A stretch of DNA of 64,000 bases from a virus: the IMG/VR virus record IMGVR_UViG_3300044729_002487, positions 1-64,000 of that record; one strand, written 5' to 3'. The notes under the pieces are model-generated. The model had not been told where the DNA came from and did no database searches. It was given only the letters and a program-made list of their open reading frames with translations. Shown here in pieces: positions 11,075-21,577 of this stretch. The position numbers and the translations under genes were made by a program. Position 1 is the first letter of the stretch; the number at the start of each line of letters is the position of its first letter.

Positions 11075-12853
11075 ATGCCTATTACACCGTCAGTATTTAG
11101 ACCGATACGTAGAAACGATATACACCAAAGACCATTTAAAGCATATAAAAACTATGTTGTAAATGACTTTGGTGCCATCGATGAAAAATTCGGTGTACAA
11201 CGTGCTTCACATAAAAAATTTACTGCCCATGTAGGTGATGATACATATCGGTATCCAAAAAATTCTACTGATAGTACAAACCAACATGTTGTATGGAAAT
11301 GGATAGATAATCGATATTATCGTTATCCATATGACCAAACAAGGTGTATGGAATTAACAGATGAAAATACTGTCGAAAAAAGATACTTTATGACAGCATC
11401 TATAATTACTGTACCATATCATCAAATGGGCGAACGAATAAAACCGGGTTCATTAACGTTCTCATCTTATATATCAGGATCGGCGACAAACTTATTAAAT
11501 AAAGTTTTTCAAGTAACCGGATCTGATGACAGTCATGGTAATTTACGTGATATACAAATATCAACTGCATCATTTGCGTTACCAAATAGATGTATGATGT
11601 ATTTTCATTTTAATGATCAGTTTAGAAAATTTGATGACAATTTTGGTCAGTTAAGGACAAACGATTCTATACCGTATAATCTTAAACGACGTATATATAA
11701 TGCAAAAGCATCAAACGTTGTAATTGAACGAGGTGTTAGTACGTTTGTTTCACATAGTTTATATGTACCGTCCGGCCTATCCGGATATTTTTCAAGTAGT
11801 TTAAACTCATATGTAAAATTAAATGACAATCAATTATTTGAACAATTTCAGCGATGTGATCAATGGTTATTATCGTTTTGGATTAAACCTAAGAATTTAA
11901 CTAGTACCGGTAGTATAATAAGTAAAATTGCAAATATCAATGAACAATATTATGATAACATTGATAAACGTAGAAAGATACGTGAAGTAAACAAAGGAAT
12001 ACCGGTACCGGGCAAAAATTTTGCAAATTATCGTACGCCATTTCATATCTCGTTAATTGGTAATAAAATACATTTTCAAGCATCTGATGGTTTACGACAA
12101 ATGCATTTATCTGCATCACTTAATTTACGAGATGGTTGGGCACATGTAGCTGTTGCTAATTCAGCATCTTTATGTAAAATGTATGTTAACGGAAATCTTA
12201 CTGGTAGTGAAGGACGTATACCAATTGATTCGACAGCTAATGATGCAAATGTACTTATTGGCACTGATACATTAGATACGACTAGACAATATACTTTTAA
12301 CGGTAATATTGCAGAAGTACGGATGTACGATTATGCATTATCTCAGCCACAAATTAAATCGTTAGCTAATATAGATTTTTATACAGGTTCTATATATCAG
12401 ACAAATGTTTTTGGTAACGTCTTTTACCGCAATGGCGCTGTTGTAATGTCATCGCCAATGCCAAAATATCATGACGTATTATTTGTCAAACCAACCGGTT
12501 CGATGAATCAATTTAAAATGACATACAAAGGACAGCATACTATTTACGAAAATGAAGTAATGGTACGTATACCAAAAAATGCATTTAATATATCTACTAA
12601 TCCATCATCTGTATACAGACCGGCTGCTGGAATTGATAATGGATGTAACACTACTGGCGGTAATGCTGAGAAATTTTTACGACCAGGCGATTACCGAAAA
12701 ACCATGTTTATATCAGGTACAGCTTTTCCATATATTACAACTGTCGGTTTATATAATGAACAAGGTCAATTATTAGCAGTTGGTAAAATGGCAGAGCCGA
12801 TTCAAAAACGAGATGATGTTGATATGAACATTGTAATACGCTGGGACTATTAA
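11075..12853 (+). CDS. virion protein with LamG/concanavalin A-like domain
   Basis: LSFWIKP..WAHVAV..MYVNG..IG..FNGNIAEVRMYDYALS is a LamG-like pattern; C-terminus is paralogous to 9819..11063. Confidence 0.7.
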   Translation: MPITPSVFRPIRRNDIHQRPFKAYKNYVVNDFGAIDEKFGVQRASHKKFTAHVGDDTYRYPKNSTDSTNQHVVWKWIDNRYYRYPYDQTRCMELTDENTVEKRYFMTASIITVPYHQMGERIKPGSLTFSSYISGSATNLLNKVFQVTGSDDSHGNLRDIQISTASFALPNRCMMYFHFNDQFRKFDDNFGQLRTNDSIPYNLKRRIYNAKASNVVIERGVSTFVSHSLYVPSGLSGYFSSSLNSYVKLNDNQLFEQFQRCDQWLLSFWIKPKNLTSTGSIISKIANINEQYYDNIDKRRKIREVNKGIPVPGKNFANYRTPFHISLIGNKIHFQASDGLRQMHLSASLNLRDGWAHVAVANSASLCKMYVNGNLTGSEGRIPIDSTANDANVLIGTDTLDTTRQYTFNGNIAEVRMYDYALSQPQIKSLANIDFYTGSIYQTNVFGNVFYRNGAVVMSSPMPKYHDVLFVKPTGSMNQFKMTYKGQHTIYENEVMVRIPKNAFNISTNPSSVYRPAAGIDNGCNTTGGNAEKFLRPGDYRKTMFISGTAFPYITTVGLYNEQGQLLAVGKMAEPIQKRDDVDMNIVIRWDY

Positions 12854-12885
12854 CCCTTAGCATATTTATACTAAAAGGTTATATC

Positions 12886-13293
12886 ATGTCATGGAATTCA
12901 TCATCAAAGGCTAGACGCAATGCTATAAAACATGGTTACAGGTCCGGATTTGAACATATCATCTCAGATCAATTAACAGAGGCTAAAGTTGAATTTGGCT
13001 ATGAAGATACTGTAATCAATTATATTAAGCCAGAAACTAAACACAAATATACAGTTGACTTTAGATTACCAAATGGCATTCTAATCGAAACAAAAGGACG
13101 TTGGACAGCCGATGACCGTAAGAAGCATTTACTTGTCAAGAAGCAACATCCTACCGTAGATATAAGAATAATTTTTCAATCGGCCAAAACAAAAATAAGA
13201 AAAGGTTCAAAAACATCGTACGGCGATTTTTGTGACAAGTACGGAATTCAATGGGCGGAAAAAAAGATTCCGGAAAGTTGGTTAAAAGGTTGA
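12886..13293 (+). CDS. T7 endonuclease I-like Holliday junction resolvase
   Basis: GYRSGFE..YTVDFRLPNGILIETKGRWTADDRKKHLLVKKQHP..DIRIIFQ closely follows T7 gp3 motifs. Confidence 0.9.
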   Translation: MSWNSSSKARRNAIKHGYRSGFEHIISDQLTEAKVEFGYEDTVINYIKPETKHKYTVDFRLPNGILIETKGRWTADDRKKHLLVKKQHPTVDIRIIFQSAKTKIRKGSKTSYGDFCDKYGIQWAEKKIPESWLKG

Positions 13294-13320
13294 TTCTTTG
13301 AGAAAATTTTAATATATTTA
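13289..13320 (+). promoter_or_regulatory. Bacteroidota sigma-A-like promoter (primase operon)
   Basis: GTTG(13289-92)-N20-TATATTTA(13313-20); resembles the TTTG-N19-21-TANNTTTG consensus. Confidence 0.55.
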
Positions 13321-13417
13321 ATGTATTAATAAATTTGTATGAATGTATATGAATACAACATTGACATATGAAATATGTAATGAAAATAATTAATATAATT
13401 AATATTAATATATAATA

Positions 13418-14344
13418 ATGAGTAACTTTCCGATAATCACGCTTCTCGAAACGGTGTTAGGTAAAGGGCGCATTTCAACGAACGATAACGTCGCATTTAA
13501 CTGTCCTTTTTGTCATCACCATAAAAAGAAACTTGAAGTTAATATCACATCTCAACATTGGCATTGTTGGGTTTGTAATGCAGCTGGACGTAAGTTACCT
13601 TTATTATTACGGCGGTTAAATGTTGATAGAACAAAGATATCTCAATTAACTGTAATGTTAGAAGACGTTGAATATAAACCAAAAACAACGACTACGAATA
13701 CTCCGGTATTATCATTACCTGAAGGATTTAAACCATTATGGATTCTTAATACTAATTCTCCAGATTTTAGAAATGCAATTCATTATCTACGTGGTAGAGG
13801 TATTACAATTTATGATATACTTAAATATCGAATTGGATATTGTGAATCCGGAGCGTACGCTGGCAAAATAATCATTCCGAGCTTCGATGCCAATGGAAGT
13901 TTGAATTATTTTGTATCACGTGCATTTTATAAAGATGATTTACAGAAACATAAGAATCCAGCATTTTCAAAAGATATCATTGGATTTGAATTACATATCA
14001 ATTGGGAAATGCCAATCATCTTAGTCGAAGGCGCATTTGATGCAATTGCCATACGACGCAATGCCATTCCATTATTTGGTAAGACAATATCAGATACATT
14101 GAAAAAGCGTGTAATTGAAAGAAAGGTTAAAACAATTTATATTTGTTTAGATAATGATGCTCGTAAACAAGCATTGGAAACGGCTGAGTATTTTATTTCA
14201 AATGGTATACATGTACATTTCGTTGACTTACCTACGGGCGATCCAAGTGAATTAGGATTTGCTCAAGTAAAAGATATCATCGAAGATACAATTGAATTAA
14301 CAGCAGATAAATTAATGCAAGAAAAAATATTATGCAGACTATAA
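13418..14344 (+). CDS. dnaG: DNA primase (Zn finger + TOPRIM, DnaG/gp61-like)
   Basis: CPFC..WHCWVC Zn finger; YLRGRGI; EGAFDA and DND TOPRIM motifs. Confidence 0.9.
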   Translation: MSNFPIITLLETVLGKGRISTNDNVAFNCPFCHHHKKKLEVNITSQHWHCWVCNAAGRKLPLLLRRLNVDRTKISQLTVMLEDVEYKPKTTTTNTPVLSLPEGFKPLWILNTNSPDFRNAIHYLRGRGITIYDILKYRIGYCESGAYAGKIIIPSFDANGSLNYFVSRAFYKDDLQKHKNPAFSKDIIGFELHINWEMPIILVEGAFDAIAIRRNAIPLFGKTISDTLKKRVIERKVKTIYICLDNDARKQALETAEYFISNGIHVHFVDLPTGDPSELGFAQVKDIIEDTIELTADKLMQEKILCRL

Positions 14345-17300
14345 ACATTGGAATAGATAAGATTGATAAAATCTTTCATATAGCAGATGTACACGTACGT
14401 AACGTAAACCGCCATAAAGAATATTCAGAAGTCTTCAAACGGCTGTATACATACATTCGAAAAAATAAAACAGCGAATAGTATTATTTATGTGGCTGGTG
14501 ATGTAGTACATGCTAAAACAGATATGTCACCGGAATTAGTCCATATGGTATCAGATTTTTTCAAATCATTAGCCGACATTGCGCCTACTATATTAATCAC
14601 CGGAAACCATGATTGTAACTTAAATAACTCTAATCGTTTGGATGCCTTGTCTCCCATTGTTAGAGCCTTAAATCATTCATCCTTACACTATCTTAAAGAC
14701 AACGATGTATATGAGATATCGAATGTACACTTTAACGTTATGTCAGTGTTTGAAAAGCCAGCAAATTATATAAAAGCCACAGATTTTAATGGTAAAATAA
14801 AAATTGCATTACACCATGGAGCTGTAAATTCTGCGACAACTGACTTAGGAATTACCTTAAGTAACACACATGTCACTACTGATTTATTCGCCGGACATGA
14901 TTTAGTATTGTTAGGTGATATACATAAAATGCAATTTTTAGATGATAAAAAACGAATTGCATATCCTGGATCGTTGATTCAACAAAATCACGGCGAAGGA
15001 TTGGTACATGGTATATTTGAATGGTGCCTAAATGATTTTTCAGCAAAGTTTGTTGAAATTGAAAATACCTATGGATATTATACATTTGAAGTTGAAAATG
15101 GTAAAATTCTTAATCCATCTGATAAGGTACCGAAAAAACCGCGTATACGTATCAAAGTGAAAGATACCGATTCTGCAGATCTTAAACGTATCATTTCAGA
15201 AATACGTACACAATATAAAGTACAAGAAGTAGCTATTCATAAAATTCATTCATTGAATAGTGGACAAGCACAACAGAAAGTTGGGTTTGGAAATATACGC
15301 GATGTAGAATGGCAAAACAAAATTATTACAGAGTATTTAGAAAATGAACAAGGGTTAGATGACCAGATGTTAGATGTTGTAAGGCATATTAATAGAACTG
15401 TTCATTCTAAATTACCTGAATCTGAAATGACTCGTAACGTTGTATGGTCACCTAAGACATTTGAGTTTTCGAATATGTTTAGTTATGGCGAAGATAACTC
15501 AATTGATTTTTCAAATATATCTGGGGTTAATGGATTATTTGCACCTAATGCTAGTGGTAAATCAACATTATTAGATGCATTGGCATTTTGTTGTTTTGAC
15601 CGGTGTAGCCGTACAACAAAGGCAGTGCATGTATTAAATAATAAAAAGACGACGTTTACATGTAAATTAAATTTTGAATTAGATGGTCGTGATTATTATA
15701 TCGAACGCCGCGGAAAGAAACAATCTAACGGACATGTAAAAGTTGATGTAGATTTTTGGACTATTGGTGACTCTGGTGAAGAAGTGTTGCTGAATGGCGA
15801 ACAACGTGATAATACAAATAAAATTATACGTAAGTATATTGGTTCATATGATGACTTTATTTTAACAGCATTATCATTGCAAAGTAATAATACTGGGTTT
15901 ATTGACATGTCTCAACGTGAACGAAAAGAATTGTTAACTCAGTTTTTAGATATCGATGTTTTTGAATTACAGTATCAGATTGCTGCTGAAGATATTCGCG
16001 AAACATCGGCATTAATTCGTGAGTATAAACGCCATGATTATAGTACAATATTATCTGATGCTGAAAAGACACTTGACCAATTATCTGCTCCATATGAACG
16101 AATGAAACAGGAAAAGTTAGAACATGATAAAATGGTTACTGACTTAAATGATATTATCATATCACTTACAAAAGAGATAAAAACTATATCAGATGATGTT
16201 ATTGATCCAACTGTAGTTGAAAAAGAATTAGAAGATTTAGAAATAGCAGAATCCGATTTATTTGATACAATAAAGACGACAAAATCAGAATGGCGTAATT
16301 GGAATGCAACTATAGCTGATTGTGATTTACGTATAGCAAAATTTGATAAACAGGCGTTAATTGATGAAGTGCAAACAATTAACAATTATATTAAAGAACG
16401 TTCTGACTTAGATAGTAAACAACAGTTAGTTGCTGCTCGAATTGATCATGCCAAAGATATGGTATCAAAATTAAATAATCATAAATGGGATCCGAACTGC
16501 GAATTTTGTATGGCAAATCCATGGCTACAAGACACTCAATCAGTTGCCAAAGAATTACCATCATTGGAAACAGAATACGATGTAATTGATACTGCAAAAA
16601 CGCGTTTAACAGATTTAATCGATCAATCCGAAGCGGAATATGATTTGATTAAATTAGGTCAAATTGAAGATGAAAAATCGAATGCGGTTTGGCAAACTGC
16701 TACTTATGATAAACAGTTAGAAATATTAAAATCAAAATCTGAATTACACGTTTCTCGTAAGGAACAGGCTAATGAAAAATTAAATCGTTGTAGACAACAT
16801 GAAGCTGATTTAAAATTTAATGTACAAAAAACAAAAGAAATTGAAGAAGTTACATCAGAACGTGATGATTTAATTATTGAAATAAAATCTTTAGAAGATA
16901 GTATTTTATCTATATCTGGTAAAATTCAAGTCGCAGAGCAATCCAAACAAAATGCAATTCAGTCAATTGATCGATTGCAAGAACTTGAAACTCAATATAA
17001 AGGTTTTGAATATTATTTACAAGCAATAAAACGTGATGGTGTTCCGTATCAATTGATTACAAAAGCTTTACCTCAAATTGAAGCAGAGATAAATAATATT
17101 TTAACTCAGGTAGTTGATTTTTCAATGATATTAGAAACGGATGGTAAGAACATTAATGGTTATATCGTATATGATTCTGATAATTTCTGGCCATTAGAAT
17201 TGACATCTGGAATGGAAAAGTTTATTGCATCATTGGCAATACGTACATCATTGATAAATACGACATCATTACCACGTCCAAATTTCTTAGCAATTGATGA

Positions 17301-17478
17301 AGGATTTGGCGTGTTAGATTCTGAAAATTTGAATAACATGTATCTGTTATTTGATTATTTAAAATCTCAATTTGGGTTTGTGTTATGCATTTCTCATATT
17401 GATGCTATGCGAGATGTTGTAGATAAATTAATTGAAATCAAAAAAGTTAACGGATACTCTAAAATAAACTATTCTTGA
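14332..17478 (+). CDS. fused SbcD/Mre11 nuclease - SbcC/Rad50 ATPase (T4 gp47-gp46-like)
   Basis: Phosphoesterase motifs DVH, GD, GNHD, GDIH, YPGS; Walker A APNASGKS; coiled coil with CEFC zinc hook; signature TSGME; Walker B LAIDEGFG; ISH. Confidence 0.92.
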   Translation: MQTINIGIDKIDKIFHIADVHVRNVNRHKEYSEVFKRLYTYIRKNKTANSIIYVAGDVVHAKTDMSPELVHMVSDFFKSLADIAPTILITGNHDCNLNNSNRLDALSPIVRALNHSSLHYLKDNDVYEISNVHFNVMSVFEKPANYIKATDFNGKIKIALHHGAVNSATTDLGITLSNTHVTTDLFAGHDLVLLGDIHKMQFLDDKKRIAYPGSLIQQNHGEGLVHGIFEWCLNDFSAKFVEIENTYGYYTFEVENGKILNPSDKVPKKPRIRIKVKDTDSADLKRIISEIRTQYKVQEVAIHKIHSLNSGQAQQKVGFGNIRDVEWQNKIITEYLENEQGLDDQMLDVVRHINRTVHSKLPESEMTRNVVWSPKTFEFSNMFSYGEDNSIDFSNISGVNGLFAPNASGKSTLLDALAFCCFDRCSRTTKAVHVLNNKKTTFTCKLNFELDGRDYYIERRGKKQSNGHVKVDVDFWTIGDSGEEVLLNGEQRDNTNKIIRKYIGSYDDFILTALSLQSNNTGFIDMSQRERKELLTQFLDIDVFELQYQIAAEDIRETSALIREYKRHDYSTILSDAEKTLDQLSAPYERMKQEKLEHDKMVTDLNDIIISLTKEIKTISDDVIDPTVVEKELEDLEIAESDLFDTIKTTKSEWRNWNATIADCDLRIAKFDKQALIDEVQTINNYIKERSDLDSKQQLVAARIDHAKDMVSKLNNHKWDPNCEFCMANPWLQDTQSVAKELPSLETEYDVIDTAKTRLTDLIDQSEAEYDLIKLGQIEDEKSNAVWQTATYDKQLEILKSKSELHVSRKEQANEKLNRCRQHEADLKFNVQKTKEIEEVTSERDDLIIEIKSLEDSILSISGKIQVAEQSKQNAIQSIDRLQELETQYKGFEYYLQAIKRDGVPYQLITKALPQIEAEINNILTQVVDFSMILETDGKNINGYIVYDSDNFWPLELTSGMEKFIASLAIRTSLINTTSLPRPNFLAIDEGFGVLDSENLNNMYLLFDYLKSQFGFVLCISHIDAMRDVVDKLIEIKKVNGYSKINYS

Positions 17479-17503
17479 TATTTATTAGAAAGGACTATAG
17501 TTT

Positions 17504-20500
17504 ATGCCATTACGGAAAAAAGCTAGTAAAATAAATCTTGCCGAAACGTTCACGTATGTTACTCGTGATACGTCCCCAACATCGGATCGTTATTTTGGTA
17601 TTGTTAAATTTCCGGATAGATTAACTGCTGGTAAAAACTTATTTAAGTTACGTATTAACAATACAAACTTTGTAGAGAATAGCCAGATTCATATTGAAAT
17701 TTTAGATTTTAACGGTGAACCGATATATTGGGAGCCATTGTATTATATTGAAAAAGATGGTACGCGAGTCATTGCTATTTATATCTATCCTGAAACCGCG
17801 CCCGGTAACGCAACTATTTATGTAGCCGGCCGTTTACGCGAAGGCGGAGGTACTGGTTTGCCATTTAGCCGTGATTTTAATTCACCACAGCATGCCGATA
17901 TTCCAAATATATTATGGAGTCGTACAGTACCAGTTGCGCCATTTGCATCAAATGATTCTGAAATAATATTTACTACTCAACCAAAATTAACGATAAGTGA
18001 AGTTGTACAGCCATATTTACAACCAACTAATTTAACAAATGTATTTACTCGAGTATCTGCATCTGCAAATGCAACATTGACAATTGTACCTCAGCCAAGT
18101 ACAACGACACAAACACCTGCAGTACCAGCATCGCCGGAAGGAGCATTATCAGCAGGTACACCTAATTTTGGAAAACAGTTTTTTGATATATCGACTATAC
18201 AAACAGCATTACAGCAATCCAATAATTCACAAATGGATTCGCCTCCATTAAATACATTGTCCGGATTTTCTAAATTAACTACTACAAACTTTCCATTATC
18301 AAAATCAATGGAAGGTGGTGTTTTAGTCATTAACAATCCGATTATATCGGTACCGCCGTTGACCGGTCGAAATTCGGCAAATAAAGTAATTCCTGGCAGT
18401 CAAACATCTACACAATGGAATAATAATACAGTAAATGCCGTTAGTAATCAAACATTGTCTGGTTCATACAAATTTGCTATTACACAAGTTATAAATTCGA
18501 CTACGGCTCGCGTTGCGCAATTTGCTGGATTTGCAAATGATGATGATAATACAAATGGACCATGGGCGGTACAGATAAGAAAAGGTCCGGTAACAACATT
18601 GAATTCTCCGACTGGTATAGTACGTGTACAACCTGCTACACAAACTATTAATCGTATAGAATCTGCGACATCATTTACTGCTAGTTTTACTAAACCAACA
18701 CAAGTTATTTATACTCAAAATTCATCGTCATTTGCTGATATAATTTTAGCTAATACTGAACCAGCGACTGGCGATGTATACCGTATAAAGACATTATATA
18801 AACCTAGTGGATTCTTTGGTGATTTCATTGATTTAGGTGATACAATACTAGAACGGCAAAACATTTTAATTGATAGTAGTTCATTAGAAACAAATATAGC
18901 CGTAGGATCTGCATATGAACAATTTGGTAACTTTGAAAGTTTACAAGAAATAAATACATATTGGTCTGCATCTTCTGTCGGTAATTTAGCTGCCAATCCA
19001 ATGGCATTGGCATATAATGAAGATATATTAATAGGAAGTGCTGATTTACGTACTAATTGGTCAGGTATTAATCAATATACTGCCTCAATTGGCGCAGCAT
19101 CGTTATTCCAGATAAAAAAATTATATCGACCGATAATTTATAAAGATACTACATATATTGTAAATTTTCAAGTCGGATTACCAAATGATATAAAATTATA
19201 TAATTCATTAGATCCAAACATATTAAATAATAGACTTGATGTATACATATCAGGATCATCAGTTACACCAGAGACAGAAACTCTTAACGTTTCTATAGGC
19301 GATGTATTTGTTGAACGTAATATACCAGCTACATTAACTGGAGTATTCGCAGATGGTAAACAGTTAGGAACTCGTATTGGTTCTGTTCGTTGCAAATCTA
19401 TACCAAAGGCAACTGCTACAGTTACATTACAATTCAAGGCCTTAAAAACCGGGCCGATGGATATTAAATTTGTTACTCGTCGCGGTACTTGGCTTGTAGG
19501 TGAAATTGAAGTATTAGCTGATAAACAAACAGGATTCTCACCTAATTATGTACGTGTATTCAAGCGTATTCCGACTGAACATTTAAAGACTCCATTAACG
19601 TTTAAGTTTCAATATTATGATTTTCGTGGTAATAAAGCCGATTTAGAGACAATTGCATATGGTGCTATTTTTAAAGGTGGTAACGTTTATATCGACGGAA
19701 ATAACAATTTAATGACAGGTTCTACATATATCGGTAACACTGTAGGATCTGGAATTGAAATGGCTGGTGTAAGTTCAGGTTATTTACGATCAGTTGGTTA
19801 TAAAGGATTTACATCTGCATCATTAGGTAAAGGTCCTGGCGGATTTTTAATGTGGTCTGGGTCAAACAATTTAACGGTAGGTGTTGATACATATTTAGGT
19901 GTTGGGTTAGAATTGATTGCAGGATCTGGTAGTTATTTCCGATATAGAACAAATCCATCAGAAATAATTGTACAGACGGATAAATTTTTCTTTGGTTCTC
20001 AAAATCAATATATAAGTGGTGCTAATGGTAACATTGAAATATCATCATCTAATTTTCATTTAGATGCCAATGGTAATGTTACAATGCAAGGTACTATAAC
20101 AGCTACTGCTGGTAACATTGGTGGATTTACTATTAAGTCATCATCATTGGCATCTTCTAACGGAAATATGTTTATTAGCGGTTCACCATTAATTGGTGGC
20201 GTTAACAATCGTCGATACATGTTTATTTCTGCATCGCGATTTAATGTTAAACAGAATGGTGATATATCTGGCTCTCAAGTATTGTTTACTGGAGGTAAGG
20301 TAGGAGGATTCCGTATCACTAATCAAGTTATTTCTGGCGCTAACATTATTATTGATTCGGCCGGTAGTATACGAACAGGTAATTATATTCCAGATTTACA
20401 AGGATGGGCAATTACATCCACCGGTAATGGATTTGCTGAATTTGAAAATGCTAAAATACGTGGTACTTTATCAACAGCTGTATTTGAAAAACAGTCTGTT

Positions 20501-21565
20501 AATGCTGTAGGCGGGCAATTATATATTGCAAATTCAACTGTATTAACCGGTAGTTCGCAATATCCAAACGGGAACCATCCTGCATCTGCCACTACAATGT
20601 CAGTTGAAAATGTGACAGGATTTGTAGCAGGTGAAATATTATCAGCTAAAAAAGTAACATCGACTGGATTTAAAACAGAATATATACGAGTAATGTCAGC
20701 CTCGCGATTTTTTCCGGCAAGCGAAACAAATTTAAGTGGTCGATTGTTTGTTCAACGTGCGTATGGTTCTGGTGTTAGTGGGCCATCTGCATCATTAGGA
20801 GGCACTCCCGGTACAGCTCAATCGTATAGCGGTTCTCAGGTATTGGTAAGTACGGGCCGAATCGGTACGGGTTATATTCGAATAAATGCAAATCCGCAAG
20901 ACGATTCAACACCGTTTATTGATATTGTTGAGCGAACCGGTTCTGGTATTTATGCAGTCGATTTAAAAGCACGTTTAGGAGATTTATCCGGACTATCGGG
21001 CACATCAAAAGTGTTAGGCCGTACTAATCCTGGATTTGGATTAGCAACTGATAATGTTTACCTTCAAGGCGGTATCAATGCTCGGTTTGGTAACATTGGT
21101 GGATTTGCTATAACGCAACATGCTATTACCGGTTCCGGATTTTTCCTGTCTGGATCTGCTCCGAATTCCGGTGTTAATTTACGACGTAACATGTTCATTT
21201 CTGCATCGCGTTTCAATGTGAAAGGTAATGGTGATATCACGGCATCAAATGCATTATTTAGTGGAAATGTGACAGCGGCTAATTTTACTGTCCGGCTAGT
21301 CACTGTCGTAAATGCTAATTCTGGATCATATTTACGTTCAGTCGCTGGCGGTAAAAAATTAGTATTTAATGGAGCATTAGGCGGTTTACGTACATATGCC
21401 ATGTCAATCGACGTTGATTCGCCATTTGTCATTAAAGGCATTGAATTACCAAATACCGGTTCGGGTATAAATAATACAGTTGATGTATATATACAAACTC
21501 AAGGAATAACCTTTGATGATACCGTCGTTGGTACCGGTATTGCAAGTGCATTTCCTGCTCGATAA
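17504..21565 (+). CDS. large tail fibre / host-specificity protein
   Basis: 1353 aa, beta-rich with many Gly/Ser/Thr/Asn; three G(N/K)(I/V)GGF.I repeats; duplicated MFISASRFNVK.NGDI block. Confidence 0.6.
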   Translation: MPLRKKASKINLAETFTYVTRDTSPTSDRYFGIVKFPDRLTAGKNLFKLRINNTNFVENSQIHIEILDFNGEPIYWEPLYYIEKDGTRVIAIYIYPETAPGNATIYVAGRLREGGGTGLPFSRDFNSPQHADIPNILWSRTVPVAPFASNDSEIIFTTQPKLTISEVVQPYLQPTNLTNVFTRVSASANATLTIVPQPSTTTQTPAVPASPEGALSAGTPNFGKQFFDISTIQTALQQSNNSQMDSPPLNTLSGFSKLTTTNFPLSKSMEGGVLVINNPIISVPPLTGRNSANKVIPGSQTSTQWNNNTVNAVSNQTLSGSYKFAITQVINSTTARVAQFAGFANDDDNTNGPWAVQIRKGPVTTLNSPTGIVRVQPATQTINRIESATSFTASFTKPTQVIYTQNSSSFADIILANTEPATGDVYRIKTLYKPSGFFGDFIDLGDTILERQNILIDSSSLETNIAVGSAYEQFGNFESLQEINTYWSASSVGNLAANPMALAYNEDILIGSADLRTNWSGINQYTASIGAASLFQIKKLYRPIIYKDTTYIVNFQVGLPNDIKLYNSLDPNILNNRLDVYISGSSVTPETETLNVSIGDVFVERNIPATLTGVFADGKQLGTRIGSVRCKSIPKATATVTLQFKALKTGPMDIKFVTRRGTWLVGEIEVLADKQTGFSPNYVRVFKRIPTEHLKTPLTFKFQYYDFRGNKADLETIAYGAIFKGGNVYIDGNNNLMTGSTYIGNTVGSGIEMAGVSSGYLRSVGYKGFTSASLGKGPGGFLMWSGSNNLTVGVDTYLGVGLELIAGSGSYFRYRTNPSEIIVQTDKFFFGSQNQYISGANGNIEISSSNFHLDANGNVTMQGTITATAGNIGGFTIKSSSLASSNGNMFISGSPLIGGVNNRRYMFISASRFNVKQNGDISGSQVLFTGGKVGGFRITNQVISGANIIIDSAGSIRTGNYIPDLQGWAITSTGNGFAEFENAKIRGTLSTAVFEKQSVNAVGGQLYIANSTVLTGSSQYPNGNHPASATTMSVENVTGFVAGEILSAKKVTSTGFKTEYIRVMSASRFFPASETNLSGRLFVQRAYGSGVSGPSASLGGTPGTAQSYSGSQVLVSTGRIGTGYIRINANPQDDSTPFIDIVERTGSGIYAVDLKARLGDLSGLSGTSKVLGRTNPGFGLATDNVYLQGGINARFGNIGGFAITQHAITGSGFFLSGSAPNSGVNLRRNMFISASRFNVKGNGDITASNALFSGNVTAANFTVRLVTVVNANSGSYLRSVAGGKKLVFNGALGGLRTYAMSIDVDSPFVIKGIELPNTGSGINNTVDVYIQTQGITFDDTVVGTGIASAFPAR

Positions 21566-21577
21566 ATATAAAATATT

